Below, in pieces: positions 37,152 through 45,904 of a DNA stretch of 45,904 bases (position 1 is its first letter; every line of letters starts with the position of its first letter). This stretch comes from Nitrospirota bacterium (GTDB taxonomy: Bacteria > UBA9089 > CG2-30-40-21 > SBAY01): contig JBDRHR010000102.1 in assembly GCA_043816605.1 (NCBI GenBank), positions 1-45,904 of the forward strand. The letters are read 5' to 3'. The notes below the pieces were generated by a model, which saw only the letters and a program-made list of their open reading frames with translations, was not told where the DNA came from and did no database searches. Position numbers and translations under genes: made by a program.

Positions 37152-38330
37152 ATAAAGAAAAAGAAAAAAAGTTGGCAACTGTTTTGGGTGATGGTTTGTA
37201 TCCCTATGGTTTGGGTAATCTTGCGATTTTCAGGTTGGCATTGGGAAGGACAGCCCATTTTAACTGCTTGTTTGTCAGGGCTGGCGATTGTTGCGTCGGC
37301 ATTTCTATTGTGCTGGGCGGCTGAAGTTGCCCAAAAGGATGTCTCGCAGGCATTAGCTTTAGCCTTTTTGGCATTGATTGCAGTTTTACCTGAATACGCC
37401 GTAGATATGTATTTTACCTGGATGGCAGGCAAAGACCCACAATATATCCCTTATGCGATGGCAAATATGACCGGGGCTAATCGATTACTTATTGGATTTG
37501 GCTGGGCATTGGTCGTTTTCCTTTATTGGATAACAAAAAAGGCAAAATGTGTAGAATTGGAAGAAGGACATAAAATAGAAATATCCGCTTTAGCTCTGGC
37601 TACTTTATATTCCTTCATTATCCCCATCAAGGGGTCTTTATCCCTCATTGATACGGTAGTTCTCCTGAGCCTGTTTGTCTTTTATATCATACAAGCTTCA
37701 AAGGCACATGTAACAGAGCCGGAACTTATTGGTCCTGCTATGGAAATTGGGATGTTTCCTGATGTTCCAAGGCGGTTAATCATCACATCTTTATTTCTAT
37801 ATTCTGCTTTTGTTATCCTTGTTTCCGCAGAGCCTTTTGCCGAGGGATTACTTAGTACCGGAAGAATCTTTAAGATAGATGAATTTATCCTTGTTCAGTG
37901 GTTAGCCCCACTTGCCTCTGAGGCTCCTGAGATTATTGCCGCTTCATTGTTTGTTTTGAAGGCAAAACCTACTATGGGACTGGGCACATTAGTCTCGTCA
38001 AAGGTGAACCAGTGGACACTGCTTGTTGGAATGATACCGATTGTTTATTGTATCTCGGCTGGTAAGATTGCACCAATGCTCATTGATGCCCGGCAAATAG
38101 AGGAGCTATTTCTTACCGCCGCACAATCCGTCTTTGGTGTGGCAATCTTAATCAATTTAAGTATTTCTACGAGAGAGGCATTGATTTTATTCATATTGTT
38201 TGTGACACAATTGGTTTTGCCATCAAGGGAGATACGGCTGATTTATGGTTTTGTTTATCTGGTGTTAGCCTTTTTCATTTTCTATAAAGATAAGGCAAGA
38301 CTAAAAAATCTGTTTTCGCTTTTTAAATAG
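37152..38330 (+). CDS. Na+/Ca2+ (CaCA family) cation antiporter
   Basis: AVLPEYAVD, ANMTGANRLL, APLASEAPE, SSKVNQWTLL; start is ATA 37152 or GTG 37188. Confidence 0.85.
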   Translation: MKKKKKSWQLFWVMVCIPMVWVILRFSGWHWEGQPILTACLSGLAIVASAFLLCWAAEVAQKDVSQALALAFLALIAVLPEYAVDMYFTWMAGKDPQYIPYAMANMTGANRLLIGFGWALVVFLYWITKKAKCVELEEGHKIEISALALATLYSFIIPIKGSLSLIDTVVLLSLFVFYIIQASKAHVTEPELIGPAMEIGMFPDVPRRLIITSLFLYSAFVILVSAEPFAEGLLSTGRIFKIDEFILVQWLAPLASEAPEIIAASLFVLKAKPTMGLGTLVSSKVNQWTLLVGMIPIVYCISAGKIAPMLIDARQIEELFLTAAQSVFGVAILINLSISTREALILFILFVTQLVLPSREIRLIYGFVYLVLAFFIFYKDKARLKNLFSLFK

Positions 38331-38385
38331 GTCCTATATGACCTATAAGTCCTATAATCCTAATTAAATTAAGGAGGAACAAACC

Positions 38386-39279
38386 ATGTCGGAAATAGTG
38401 CTACTTAACACCAATATAAAGGATGTGCGCACCCATTCTAAAGGCAAAGTCAGGGATATTTACGACTTTGGCGATAAACTTTTAATCATCGCTACCGATA
38501 GAATCTCTGCCTTTGATGTCGTTTTGCCAAATGGCATTCCACACAAAGGTAAGGTCTTGACCGCTCTATCTCTATATTGGTTTGAGCTAACTAAAAATAT
38601 TATTAAAAACCACCTCATCACCGCAGATGTAGCGGAATATCCAATCGAGATAGCAAAATATAAAAGTGTATTAGCCGGGCGGTCAATGCTGGTGAAGAAA
38701 ACAAAGGTTTTGCCGGTAGAGTGTGTGGTGCGTGGGTATTTAGCCGGCTCAGGCTGGAAGGAGTATCAGGAAAGCCGGTCTGTATGCGGGATTAAACTAT
38801 CTGCCGGGCTTGTAGAGTCGGCAAAATTGCCGGAACCTATCTTTACCCCATCTACAAAAGCAACCTCTGGACATGATATTAATATTACCGGGGCTCAAAC
38901 GCAAGATATTGTTGGAATTGAGACGGCAAAATTTTTAAAAGAGGTAAGTGTCCGTATTTTTGAGTTAGCCGGTAAAGAATTAGAGAAAAAGGGGATAATT
39001 CTGGCGGATACAAAGTTTGAATTTGGGGTGTATGAGGATGAAATTATCCTGATAGATGAGGTGTTGACCCCTGATTCCTCCAGATTTTGGCCCAGGGATG
39101 AATACTGCCCGGGTGGGCCACAACCGAGTTTTGATAAGCAATTTGTCAGGGACTACCTTGAGAAAATCAGATGGGATAAAAACCCACCTGCTCCAACACT
39201 GCCGGATATTATTATAAAAAAGACCTCAGAGAAATATCTTGAGGCGTATAGAAGAATATGTCCTATAAGACCTATATGA
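38386..39279 (+). CDS. purC: SAICAR synthetase
   Basis: GKVRDIY, TDRISAFD, ADTKFEFG, DEVLTPDSSRFW. Confidence 0.96.
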   Translation: MSEIVLLNTNIKDVRTHSKGKVRDIYDFGDKLLIIATDRISAFDVVLPNGIPHKGKVLTALSLYWFELTKNIIKNHLITADVAEYPIEIAKYKSVLAGRSMLVKKTKVLPVECVVRGYLAGSGWKEYQESRSVCGIKLSAGLVESAKLPEPIFTPSTKATSGHDINITGAQTQDIVGIETAKFLKEVSVRIFELAGKELEKKGIILADTKFEFGVYEDEIILIDEVLTPDSSRFWPRDEYCPGGPQPSFDKQFVRDYLEKIRWDKNPPAPTLPDIIIKKTSEKYLEAYRRICPIRPI

Positions 39280-39309
39280 CCTATTCTTTACTAAATTGGA
39301 GGTTAAAAA

Positions 39310-40881
39310 ATGAATAATGTATTAATCTATGATACGACCCTACGAGATGGGGCACAAACTGAAGGAATATCGTTTTCTGTTAAGGAAAAGATTCGGATTA
39401 CTCAAATGATAGACCATCTGGGTGTTCATTATATCGAAGGTGGTTGGCCTGGGTCAAATCAAAAAGAGACCGAGTTCTTTCAGGTGATAAAGAATTACCC
39501 CCTTAAAAATGCGAAGCTTGTTGCCTTTGGAAGTACCAGACGGGCAAAACACAAAGTGGAAAATGACCCAAGTTTTTTAGAGCTATTAAAGGCAGAAACG
39601 CAGGTAGTCTGTATATTTGGTAAAACTTGGGACCTGCATGTGCATGAGGCACTCAATATCCCTTTGGAAGAAAATTTAGAGTTAATACAAGACTCGGTAA
39701 GTTATTTAAAATCAAAAGGTAAAGAGGTAATTTATGATGCCGAGCACTTCTTTGACGGCTATAAGGCAAATCCTGAATATGCCTTAAAAACTATTTTTAC
39801 GGCACAAAACGCCGGGGCAGATACAATTGTGCTTTGCGATACTAATGGCGGCATGCTCCCTTATGAAATAGAAAAGCCAATTAAAGAGGCACTAAAAGTA
39901 ATTAAAGTGCCTCTGGGTATTCATAGCCATAATGATTCAGATATGGCGGTAGCAAATTCTATCATTGCCATAAAGTTAGGCTGCCGGCATGTCCAGGGGA
40001 CTATCAATGGTTATGGGGAACGATGTGGTAATGCAGATTTATGTGCCATCATACCCAATTTAAAACTTAAAATGGGCATAAATTGTATTTCAGATGAGCA
40101 ACTTGGGAGTTTAACAGAGGTATCCAGATTTGTCGCAGAAATGGCAAATTTCATCCCGCAACCTCATACACCTTACGTAGGAAGCTCTGCCTTTGCTCAT
40201 AAAGGTGGGGTTCATGTCAGTGGTGTCCAAAAAAATCCTAAAACATACGAACATATTCAACCGAAATTAGTTGGGAATGAGCGGAAAATACTCATCTCAG
40301 AATTAGCCGGACAAAGTAATATCTTAGAGAAGGCAAAGGAACTCAAGATAGACCTTAACGAGGCAAGCCTCTCAAAAAATACACCACAAACAAGAAAAAT
40401 ATTAGCCAGGGTTAAAGAGAAAGAACACGAAGGTTACCAATTTGAATCTGCAGATGCCTCATTTGAATTACTGATAAAAAAGGCGTTAGGAAAATATAAA
40501 CCCAGTTTTGAATTAAAGAAATTTGAGGTTATTGTCGAAAATAGAAATGGAGAGCTTTTTTCAGATGCGATTATTAAAATAGAGGTAAATGGTCAGGAAA
40601 AATATATAGTTGCAGAAGGTGATGGTCCGGTGAACGCACTGGATACTGCCCTTAGAAAGGCATTAGAAGATGCTTACCCAATTCTAAAAAAGATTCATTT
40701 AACGGATTACAAGGTCAGGGTGCTGGATGCCAAAGAAGGCACAGCCGCAAAGGTCCGGGTATTAATTGAGTCAACAGATGGAAAAGATTTCTGGGGCACA
40801 GTTGGGGTCTCTGAAAATATCATTGATGCCTCCTGGCAGGCATTAGTGGATTCAGTAGAATACATTCTTTCTAAGAATTAA
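39310..40881 (+). CDS. cimA: Citramalate synthase
   Basis: [40 protein letters not shown]. Confidence 0.9.
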   Translation: MNNVLIYDTTLRDGAQTEGISFSVKEKIRITQMIDHLGVHYIEGGWPGSNQKETEFFQVIKNYPLKNAKLVAFGSTRRAKHKVENDPSFLELLKAETQVVCIFGKTWDLHVHEALNIPLEENLELIQDSVSYLKSKGKEVIYDAEHFFDGYKANPEYALKTIFTAQNAGADTIVLCDTNGGMLPYEIEKPIKEALKVIKVPLGIHSHNDSDMAVANSIIAIKLGCRHVQGTINGYGERCGNADLCAIIPNLKLKMGINCISDEQLGSLTEVSRFVAEMANFIPQPHTPYVGSSAFAHKGGVHVSGVQKNPKTYEHIQPKLVGNERKILISELAGQSNILEKAKELKIDLNEASLSKNTPQTRKILARVKEKEHEGYQFESADASFELLIKKALGKYKPSFELKKFEVIVENRNGELFSDAIIKIEVNGQEKYIVAEGDGPVNALDTALRKALEDAYPILKKIHLTDYKVRVLDAKEGTAAKVRVLIESTDGKDFWGTVGVSENIIDASWQALVDSVEYILSKN

Positions 40882-40976
40882 AAATTATGAATTAAAAATT
40901 AAAAATTATAAGATTAAGAATTAAGAATTATTTTCTAACTCCTCAATTTTTAATTTTTAATTCATAATTTTTAATT
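40876..40976. repeat. AATTAAA heptamer inverted repeat element (copy of 23182-23290)
   Basis: Same arms aattaaaaattatgaattaaaaattaaaaatt / aatttttaatttttaattcataatttttaatt; overlaps the cimA stop codon. Confidence 0.85.
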
Positions 40977-40995
40977 AATTAAGAGGTGATTTGCC

Positions 40996-41469
40996 GTGAT
41001 AAATGTAAATATGCCCATTGAGGCAATGGTGGATAAGAATCTACTCACCACTAATTCCCAAAAAATTGACTCGGTAAAGATTAAAGAGAAGAGTTTTGAT
41101 GAGGAATTGAAAACAGCTACCAGGGACCAACTAAAGGTCTATTTTGAAGACCTCCTTAGTAATATCGAATCACAAGGAAAAATTTTAATTCAATCACCTG
41201 TCTATGATAATTTTACCCAATATAAAGACTTAGTCAAAACATTTATGGAAAAGGTAGTTAGAAACCTGTATTCGGTGGAAGAAAATGTAACCGCCACAAG
41301 GGCGGCACAATTACAAATAGGACAACGCAAGGTCTATACACTTATTAAAGAGGTTAATAAAAACTTAGCGGAATTAACGCAAGAGATGGTAAATGGACAG
41401 GGTAATCCTATCGCCATTGCGGCTAAGGTAGATATGATTCAGGGATTATTGATGGACATTTATTCGTAA
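40996..41469 (+). CDS. YaaR/DUF327-family protein
   Basis: I..QG..L...YKDLVKTFM...IQGLLMDIY. Confidence 0.8.
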   Translation: MINVNMPIEAMVDKNLLTTNSQKIDSVKIKEKSFDEELKTATRDQLKVYFEDLLSNIESQGKILIQSPVYDNFTQYKDLVKTFMEKVVRNLYSVEENVTATRAAQLQIGQRKVYTLIKEVNKNLAELTQEMVNGQGNPIAIAAKVDMIQGLLMDIYS

Positions 41470-41560
41470 AATTCACTTGTCAGGCTATTACGAAATAGAA
41501 ATTTTGTTCATTTACTCAAGCATTTCTGAAAAAAACCATAGCCTGTTTGCAAGCCTAAAT

Positions 41561-42418
41561 TCATTTCTTACCATAGATATGCTCCATAATAGCATTCATA
41601 TTCTCCACATTTCCCATAGCCAGAATATGAATTCCAGCGGCAAAATCTCGAATCTGGTCAATTAACTCACAGGCAATAGGAATACCTGAGCCATATTTTT
41701 CAAGGCTGGCGATAACATTTTCCGGAACATTGATTCCATGGACATTTTCATTAAGATAATTAGCCATTTTAACGGATTTCAGCGGCATTACGCCGAGAAG
41801 TATAGGCACACCTAATGGCGATACCTTCTCAAGGAATCTCTTTGCCTGCTCGGATGAATAGACAGGCTGGGTTTGCAGAAGATTGGCGCCGGCATCTACT
41901 TTGGATTTAACAAGCTCAATCTCTTTGTCCAGATTCCTGGCGGCTGGTGTGGCTGTAGCTGAGATGAAGAAATCGGTTTTACCTTTAATCTCTTCACCAT
42001 TATAATCTAAGCCTTTATTTAGATTGCTGATTAATTTAATCAAGCCGGGTGTATTCAGATTATAGACAGCGGCTGAGTCTTTGTATGTCCCATGTTGAGG
42101 CGGGTCTCCAGTAGCAGCCAAAATATACCTCACCCCCAGGCAATGAGCACCTAACAGGTCTGATTGCAAAGCCAGGATACTTCTATCCCTTCGGGTCAGA
42201 TGTGGAATGCAACATACATTTAACTCCTCCTGAATGATATGTGTCAGGGCAAAGGTATTTATTCTCAATTTTGCCATAGCACAGTCGATGATGTTTATCC
42301 CATCAGCCCTTGAAAGGCTTTTGGCATCTTCCAGAGATTTTTCTACATCTGTCCCCTGTGTTCCTCCTAATTCGCAGGTAACCACGAATTCCTTCCCTAA
42401 TTTTTCTTTTAACTCCAT
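41561..42418 (-). CDS. Methylenetetrahydrofolate reductase-family protein
   Basis: PHLTRRDR, TGDPP, KVDAGA..LQTQPVY, GIHI. Confidence 0.85.
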   Translation of the reverse strand: MELKEKLGKEFVVTCELGGTQGTDVEKSLEDAKSLSRADGINIIDCAMAKLRINTFALTHIIQEELNVCCIPHLTRRDRSILALQSDLLGAHCLGVRYILAATGDPPQHGTYKDSAAVYNLNTPGLIKLISNLNKGLDYNGEEIKGKTDFFISATATPAARNLDKEIELVKSKVDAGANLLQTQPVYSSEQAKRFLEKVSPLGVPILLGVMPLKSVKMANYLNENVHGINVPENVIASLEKYGSGIPIACELIDQIRDFAAGIHILAMGNVENMNAIMEHIYGKK

Positions 42419-42444
42419 TTCTTTACCTCCTCGTATAATATGTT

Positions 42445-42632
42445 AAATGTGTAATGTGTAATGTCTTACATAACACATTACACATCTAACATTACACAGT
42501 TAAGCCATCAGGGCACAAAGGCACTAAAAAGTTAAAGTAAGCAGTCGGCAGGAGGCAGTAAGCAGGAAATAAAAATTATTTCTTACTTTCTCCTTCTCAT
42601 TTTCTTCGTGTCTTTGTGCCTTCGTGGCTAAA
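42445..42632. repeat. Cluster of short-period inverted repeats between the metF-like gene and queA
   Basis: tgtgtaa / ttacaca heptamers (42445-42497); gccatcagggcacaaaggcac / gtgtctttgtgccttcgtggc 9-mer arms (42504-42628) enclosing gcagtcg/gcaggag/gcagtaa heptamers. Confidence 0.75.
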
Positions 42633-42634
42633 AT

Positions 42635-43669
42635 CTATATAATTAACATCGCATCGCCATAGCTGTAAAATCTGTAGCCTTTATTGATGGCGGACTGATA
42701 TGCCCCTAAAATCCTTTCTTGCCCTGCAAAGGCACTCACTAAGAGCAAAAGCGTGGTTTTTGGTAGATGGAAATTCGTAACCAGCATATCCGTTACCTTA
42801 AAGTTAAACCCAGGATAAATAAACAAATCTGTAACGCCCGAACAAGGGAATATTTTGGATTTTGGATTGGGGATTTTGGATTGGGGATTTTTACCCACTG
42901 TTTCTAACGCCCGCACGGCAGTTGTGCCTACAACTACTATCCTTCCCCTTGTCTGGTTAATGATTTCCGCCGCCTGACTGCTTATTTCATAATATTCTTC
43001 TTCCATCTGATGCTCAAGCACATCTTCATTTCTAATGGGAGCGAATGTGCCTACACCCACATGCAAGGTAATATAGGCTAATTGGACACCCTTCTCCTGT
43101 ATTTTCTTGAGCAATTGGTGGGTAAAATGTAACCCCGCCGTAGGTGCGGCAATAGCTCCACGATGCCTGGCATAAACCGTTTGATATTGCTCCGCATCCG
43201 CTTCATTTGACTCTCTTTTAATATAATGGGGTAATGGGAGTTTGCCCACCTTACTTAGTATCTTAAAGAAATCCCCCTCATACTCAAATTTAACAAATCC
43301 GTAACCGCCTCTTTTTTCTATTAATTCACCTGTTAGTTCATCTCCAAACTGTAATTTTGCCCCTATTTTAACCTTTCTTGCCGGTTTAATCAGTACTTCC
43401 CAAACCTGGTCTGGGTGATTCTTACTAAGTAATATCTCTACTTTCTTAAGCCCATTTATTCCAAATAATCTTGCCGGAAAAACCTTGGTATCATTCAAAA
43501 CTAAGGTATCGCCAGGGACTAAATACTCAATTATATCCCTAAAAACTTTATCCTCAATCCGTCCATCGCTACGATGTAAGACCAAAAGTCTTGATTCATC
43601 CCGATTAGTTAAAGGCTGTTGGGCGATTAATTCTTTAGGTAAGTAATAATCAAAATCTGTCAATTTCAT
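42635..43669 (-). CDS. queA: S-adenosylmethionine:tRNA ribosyltransferase-isomerase
   Basis: DFDYYLPKELIAQ, AAPTAGLHF, TNFHLP, YRFYSYGDAM; true ATG at 43669. Confidence 0.96.
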   Translation of the reverse strand: MKLTDFDYYLPKELIAQQPLTNRDESRLLVLHRSDGRIEDKVFRDIIEYLVPGDTLVLNDTKVFPARLFGINGLKKVEILLSKNHPDQVWEVLIKPARKVKIGAKLQFGDELTGELIEKRGGYGFVKFEYEGDFFKILSKVGKLPLPHYIKRESNEADAEQYQTVYARHRGAIAAPTAGLHFTHQLLKKIQEKGVQLAYITLHVGVGTFAPIRNEDVLEHQMEEEYYEISSQAAEIINQTRGRIVVVGTTAVRALETVGKNPQSKIPNPKSKIFPCSGVTDLFIYPGFNFKVTDMLVTNFHLPKTTLLLLVSAFAGQERILGAYQSAINKGYRFYSYGDAMLII

Positions 43670-43714
43670 CTGAAAATACCTCATTCTGCTTTTCGCAAAG
43701 GTCGCAAAGAAAGA

Positions 43715-43814
43715 TATAGCCACAGATTCACAGATTATTAGGATTATAAAGAATATAAGGGGTAAGATATATCTAAATATTCCAATCTGTATAATCTGTG
43801 AATCTGTGGCTATA
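43715..43814. repeat. CACAGATT 9-mer inverted repeat element
   Basis: Perfect 24-bp arms tatagccacagattcacagattat / ataatctgtgaatctgtggctata. Confidence 0.88.
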
Positions 43815-43844
43815 ATTTCTTGCTCTTTTCCGAGCAATCAGGAA

Positions 43845-45710
43845 TTAGATTCGTCCCTTACATTCAAGTAAGAATCGTGATGGCTGACCAAAACTACCAC
43901 TGTATAATCTCCTTTTTATGGCATAAGAGAGAAAGAGTTGCTCCTTTGCCCGAGTCATACCGACATAACAAAGCCGCCTCTCTTCCTCTTTTTCCTCTTC
44001 ATCACGGGCATTCATATGCGGAAGTATCCCTTCCTCTAAACCTATCAGGAATACATAACTAAATTCTAATCCCTTGGCTGAATGCAAGGTCATTAGACTT
44101 ACCTTGGCTGATGTATCATCCCATTTATCAAGATTAGTGTAAAGTGAGATGTTGGATAAGAATGCCTCTAAAGTTTTATCCTCATTTGACGCCTCAAATT
44201 CCTCTATACTGATAAGAAATTCCTTTATGTTGTCGAGCCTGTCGTGTTCGGCTAATTCCTCTAATTCCTGTTTGTAGCCTGTTTTATCAATCACCGACTT
44301 AGTTAATTCAAGCACACCTAAAGTTTGCTTTAGTTTTATGAAATTATCCATTAATTCTACAAATTTCTTGATGGAGGCGGTAGCTTTTTGTGGTAAAAGT
44401 TCAGCCGTTTGTATTTCTTTTAGGGCAGGATATAAATGTATGCCTTTTTCTCGTGCAAAATCTGCTATCTTTTGAATGGTTGTCTTTCCGATTGAGCGTG
44501 CGGGAACATTTATAATCCGTTTTAAACTCACCGCATCCTGGGGATTAGCCATTACCTTTAAATAGGCTAAAATATCTTTAATCTCTTTTCTTCCGTAGAA
44601 ACTTACCCCTCCGATAATCGCGTAAGGCACATTAGCCCTTCTAAATGCCTCTTCTAAAACCCGCGATTGGGCATTAACCCGATAAAGGACAGCGAAATTA
44701 TTTAACGAAGTCCCCTGCCCACTTATCTCAAGCACCTTTCTTGCCACAAAAGACGCCTCATGATGCTCATCAGTGCCAACATAAGTTATAACCGGCAGTC
44801 CACCTGTTTTCTGCGTCCAGAGTGTTTTCCCCTTACGGTCAATGTTATGGCTTATTACCCGATTAGCTGTTGAAAGAATTGCCTCTGTTGAACGATAATT
44901 TTCTTCCAATCGAATAATCTTTACATTTTTATAATCCTTTTCAAAATCTAAGATATTTCGGATATCTGCCCCTCTAAAGGAATAGATTGACTGGTCATCA
45001 TCCCCTACACAACAGATATTATTATGCCTTTGGGCTAACATTTTTGTAAAAAGATACTGCACATAATTAGTATCCTGATATTCATCAATCAATAAATACT
45101 TAAACCTATTCTGGTAAAGTTCCAAAATTTGCGGATATTCCTGCCAGAGTAAAACAGTCTTCATCAAAATATCATCAAAGTCTAAGCCGTTATTTTCGTC
45201 TAATTTGGATTGATATAATTCATAAAGCGGTTTAATCCTTTGCTCAAAGAAATTTGTAGGTGTATATTCCGAAGCGGTAATTAAAGTTTCTTTGGCACGA
45301 GAGATGTTGGATAAGATGGCTTTGGGCTGCAGGGCAAGATTTAGTTCCTTCAGGCATTCCTTAATAAGGCTATTCTGGTCATCGGCATCATAGATAGTAA
45401 AATTAGGGTTTTTAAGGTGAGAACGCAGAATTCTGACGCAGGCAGAATGAAAGGTGCTAATCCAGAGTCTTTGTCGGCTAAAGGAGCCATTCAGGAGTTC
45501 TACCCGCTTTTTCATCTCAGCTGCGGCTTTATTGGTAAATGTGACGCTGAGGATGTTCTCCGGGGCAATTCCTTGATGCAATAAATACGCAATGCGATAT
45601 GTAATTACCCGTGTTTTACCAGACCCTGCCCCGGCTAAGACCAATAAAGGTCCATCGGTATGTAATACTGCCTCTTTTTGCTGTGGATTTAAACCCTTTA
45701 AAATCTCCAT
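43845..45710 (-). CDS. pcrA: UvrD/PcrA DNA helicase
   Basis: AGAGSGKT, DEYQD, VGDDDQSIY, ENYRS, TLHSAKGLEF, EERRLCYVGMTRA. Confidence 0.93.
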   Translation of the reverse strand: MEILKGLNPQQKEAVLHTDGPLLVLAGAGSGKTRVITYRIAYLLHQGIAPENILSVTFTNKAAAEMKKRVELLNGSFSRQRLWISTFHSACVRILRSHLKNPNFTIYDADDQNSLIKECLKELNLALQPKAILSNISRAKETLITASEYTPTNFFEQRIKPLYELYQSKLDENNGLDFDDILMKTVLLWQEYPQILELYQNRFKYLLIDEYQDTNYVQYLFTKMLAQRHNNICCVGDDDQSIYSFRGADIRNILDFEKDYKNVKIIRLEENYRSTEAILSTANRVISHNIDRKGKTLWTQKTGGLPVITYVGTDEHHEASFVARKVLEISGQGTSLNNFAVLYRVNAQSRVLEEAFRRANVPYAIIGGVSFYGRKEIKDILAYLKVMANPQDAVSLKRIINVPARSIGKTTIQKIADFAREKGIHLYPALKEIQTAELLPQKATASIKKFVELMDNFIKLKQTLGVLELTKSVIDKTGYKQELEELAEHDRLDNIKEFLISIEEFEASNEDKTLEAFLSNISLYTNLDKWDDTSAKVSLMTLHSAKGLEFSYVFLIGLEEGILPHMNARDEEEKEEERRLCYVGMTRAKEQLFLSYAIKRRLYSGSFGQPSRFLLECKGRI

Positions 45711-45718
45711 TAAGATAT

Positions 45719-45747
45719 ACTATACCATAAAGTTTATAAAAAGTCAA
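45719..45747 (-). promoter_or_regulatory. sigma70-type promoter for pcrA
   Basis: TTGACT, 17 nt, TATAGT with a TG extended -10. Confidence 0.55.
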
Positions 45748-45904
45748 GAAAAGTAAGTGCCAAACAGAAATTCCCCATCTTTGTTTCCCATGGAAAAAGT
45801 TAATTAAACTTCTGTCTAATGCCAACATCTCCCCCTTTCCCCAAAATCTCCATTTTGAGATCTATATTTAAACTGTTCGAAACAGCGTTTTGGAAGGTAT
45901 CCTT

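Noticed and set aside
41477-41665. ORF 41477-41665 (likewise 45616-45828)
   Set aside because: Short, overlap real genes, no ribosome-binding site or recognisable motif.
43670-43837. Hydrophobic N-terminal extension on QueA (also extensions on PheA, HD-GYP and TetR)
   Set aside because: Artefacts of longest-ORF calling through repeat elements or promoter sequence; better-supported ATG starts lie downstream.
1-45904. rRNA, tRNA, integron integrase, reverse transcriptase or prophage genes
   Set aside because: None recognisable by eye; a covariance-model scan would be needed to exclude small structured RNAs.

Overview
Low-GC bacterial chromosomal window, from a diderm (TolC, RND and PilT genes); the taxon cannot be assigned from the sequence alone. 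The left 20 kb is a minus-strand efflux operon (TetR - TolC - adaptor - ABC ATPase - MacB-type permease - TolC - adaptor - RND pump). It is repeatedly interrupted by co-oriented accessory cassettes: an AAA/DUF4143 ATPase, DUF5678 plus a dead aspartyl protease, McrC - REP-associated tyrosine transposase (RAYT) - McrB, and a DUF4258/YgiT-zinc-finger toxin-antitoxin-like pair. The right 26 kb is mostly housekeeping: HD-GYP, two pilT-like genes, accA, hpf, a ptsN-like gene, hprK, pheA, a CNNM/CBS protein, trehalose genes, MNT-HEPN, purC, cimA, a metF-like gene, queA and pcrA. Two non-coding systems stand out. (1) About 16 copies of a 23-bp REP with covarying hairpin stems lie only at the four gene junctions around the RAYT. 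They bracket mcrB and mcrC individually as inward-facing pairs and give both proteins the same C-terminal peptide, which suggests a RAYT/REP-driven gene-cassette platform. (2) More than 25 short-period (7-9 bp unit) inverted-repeat elements of many unrelated sequence families sit at gene ends, nest inside one another, invade reading frames in-frame, and in one case still enclose a GxxExxY gene fragment.
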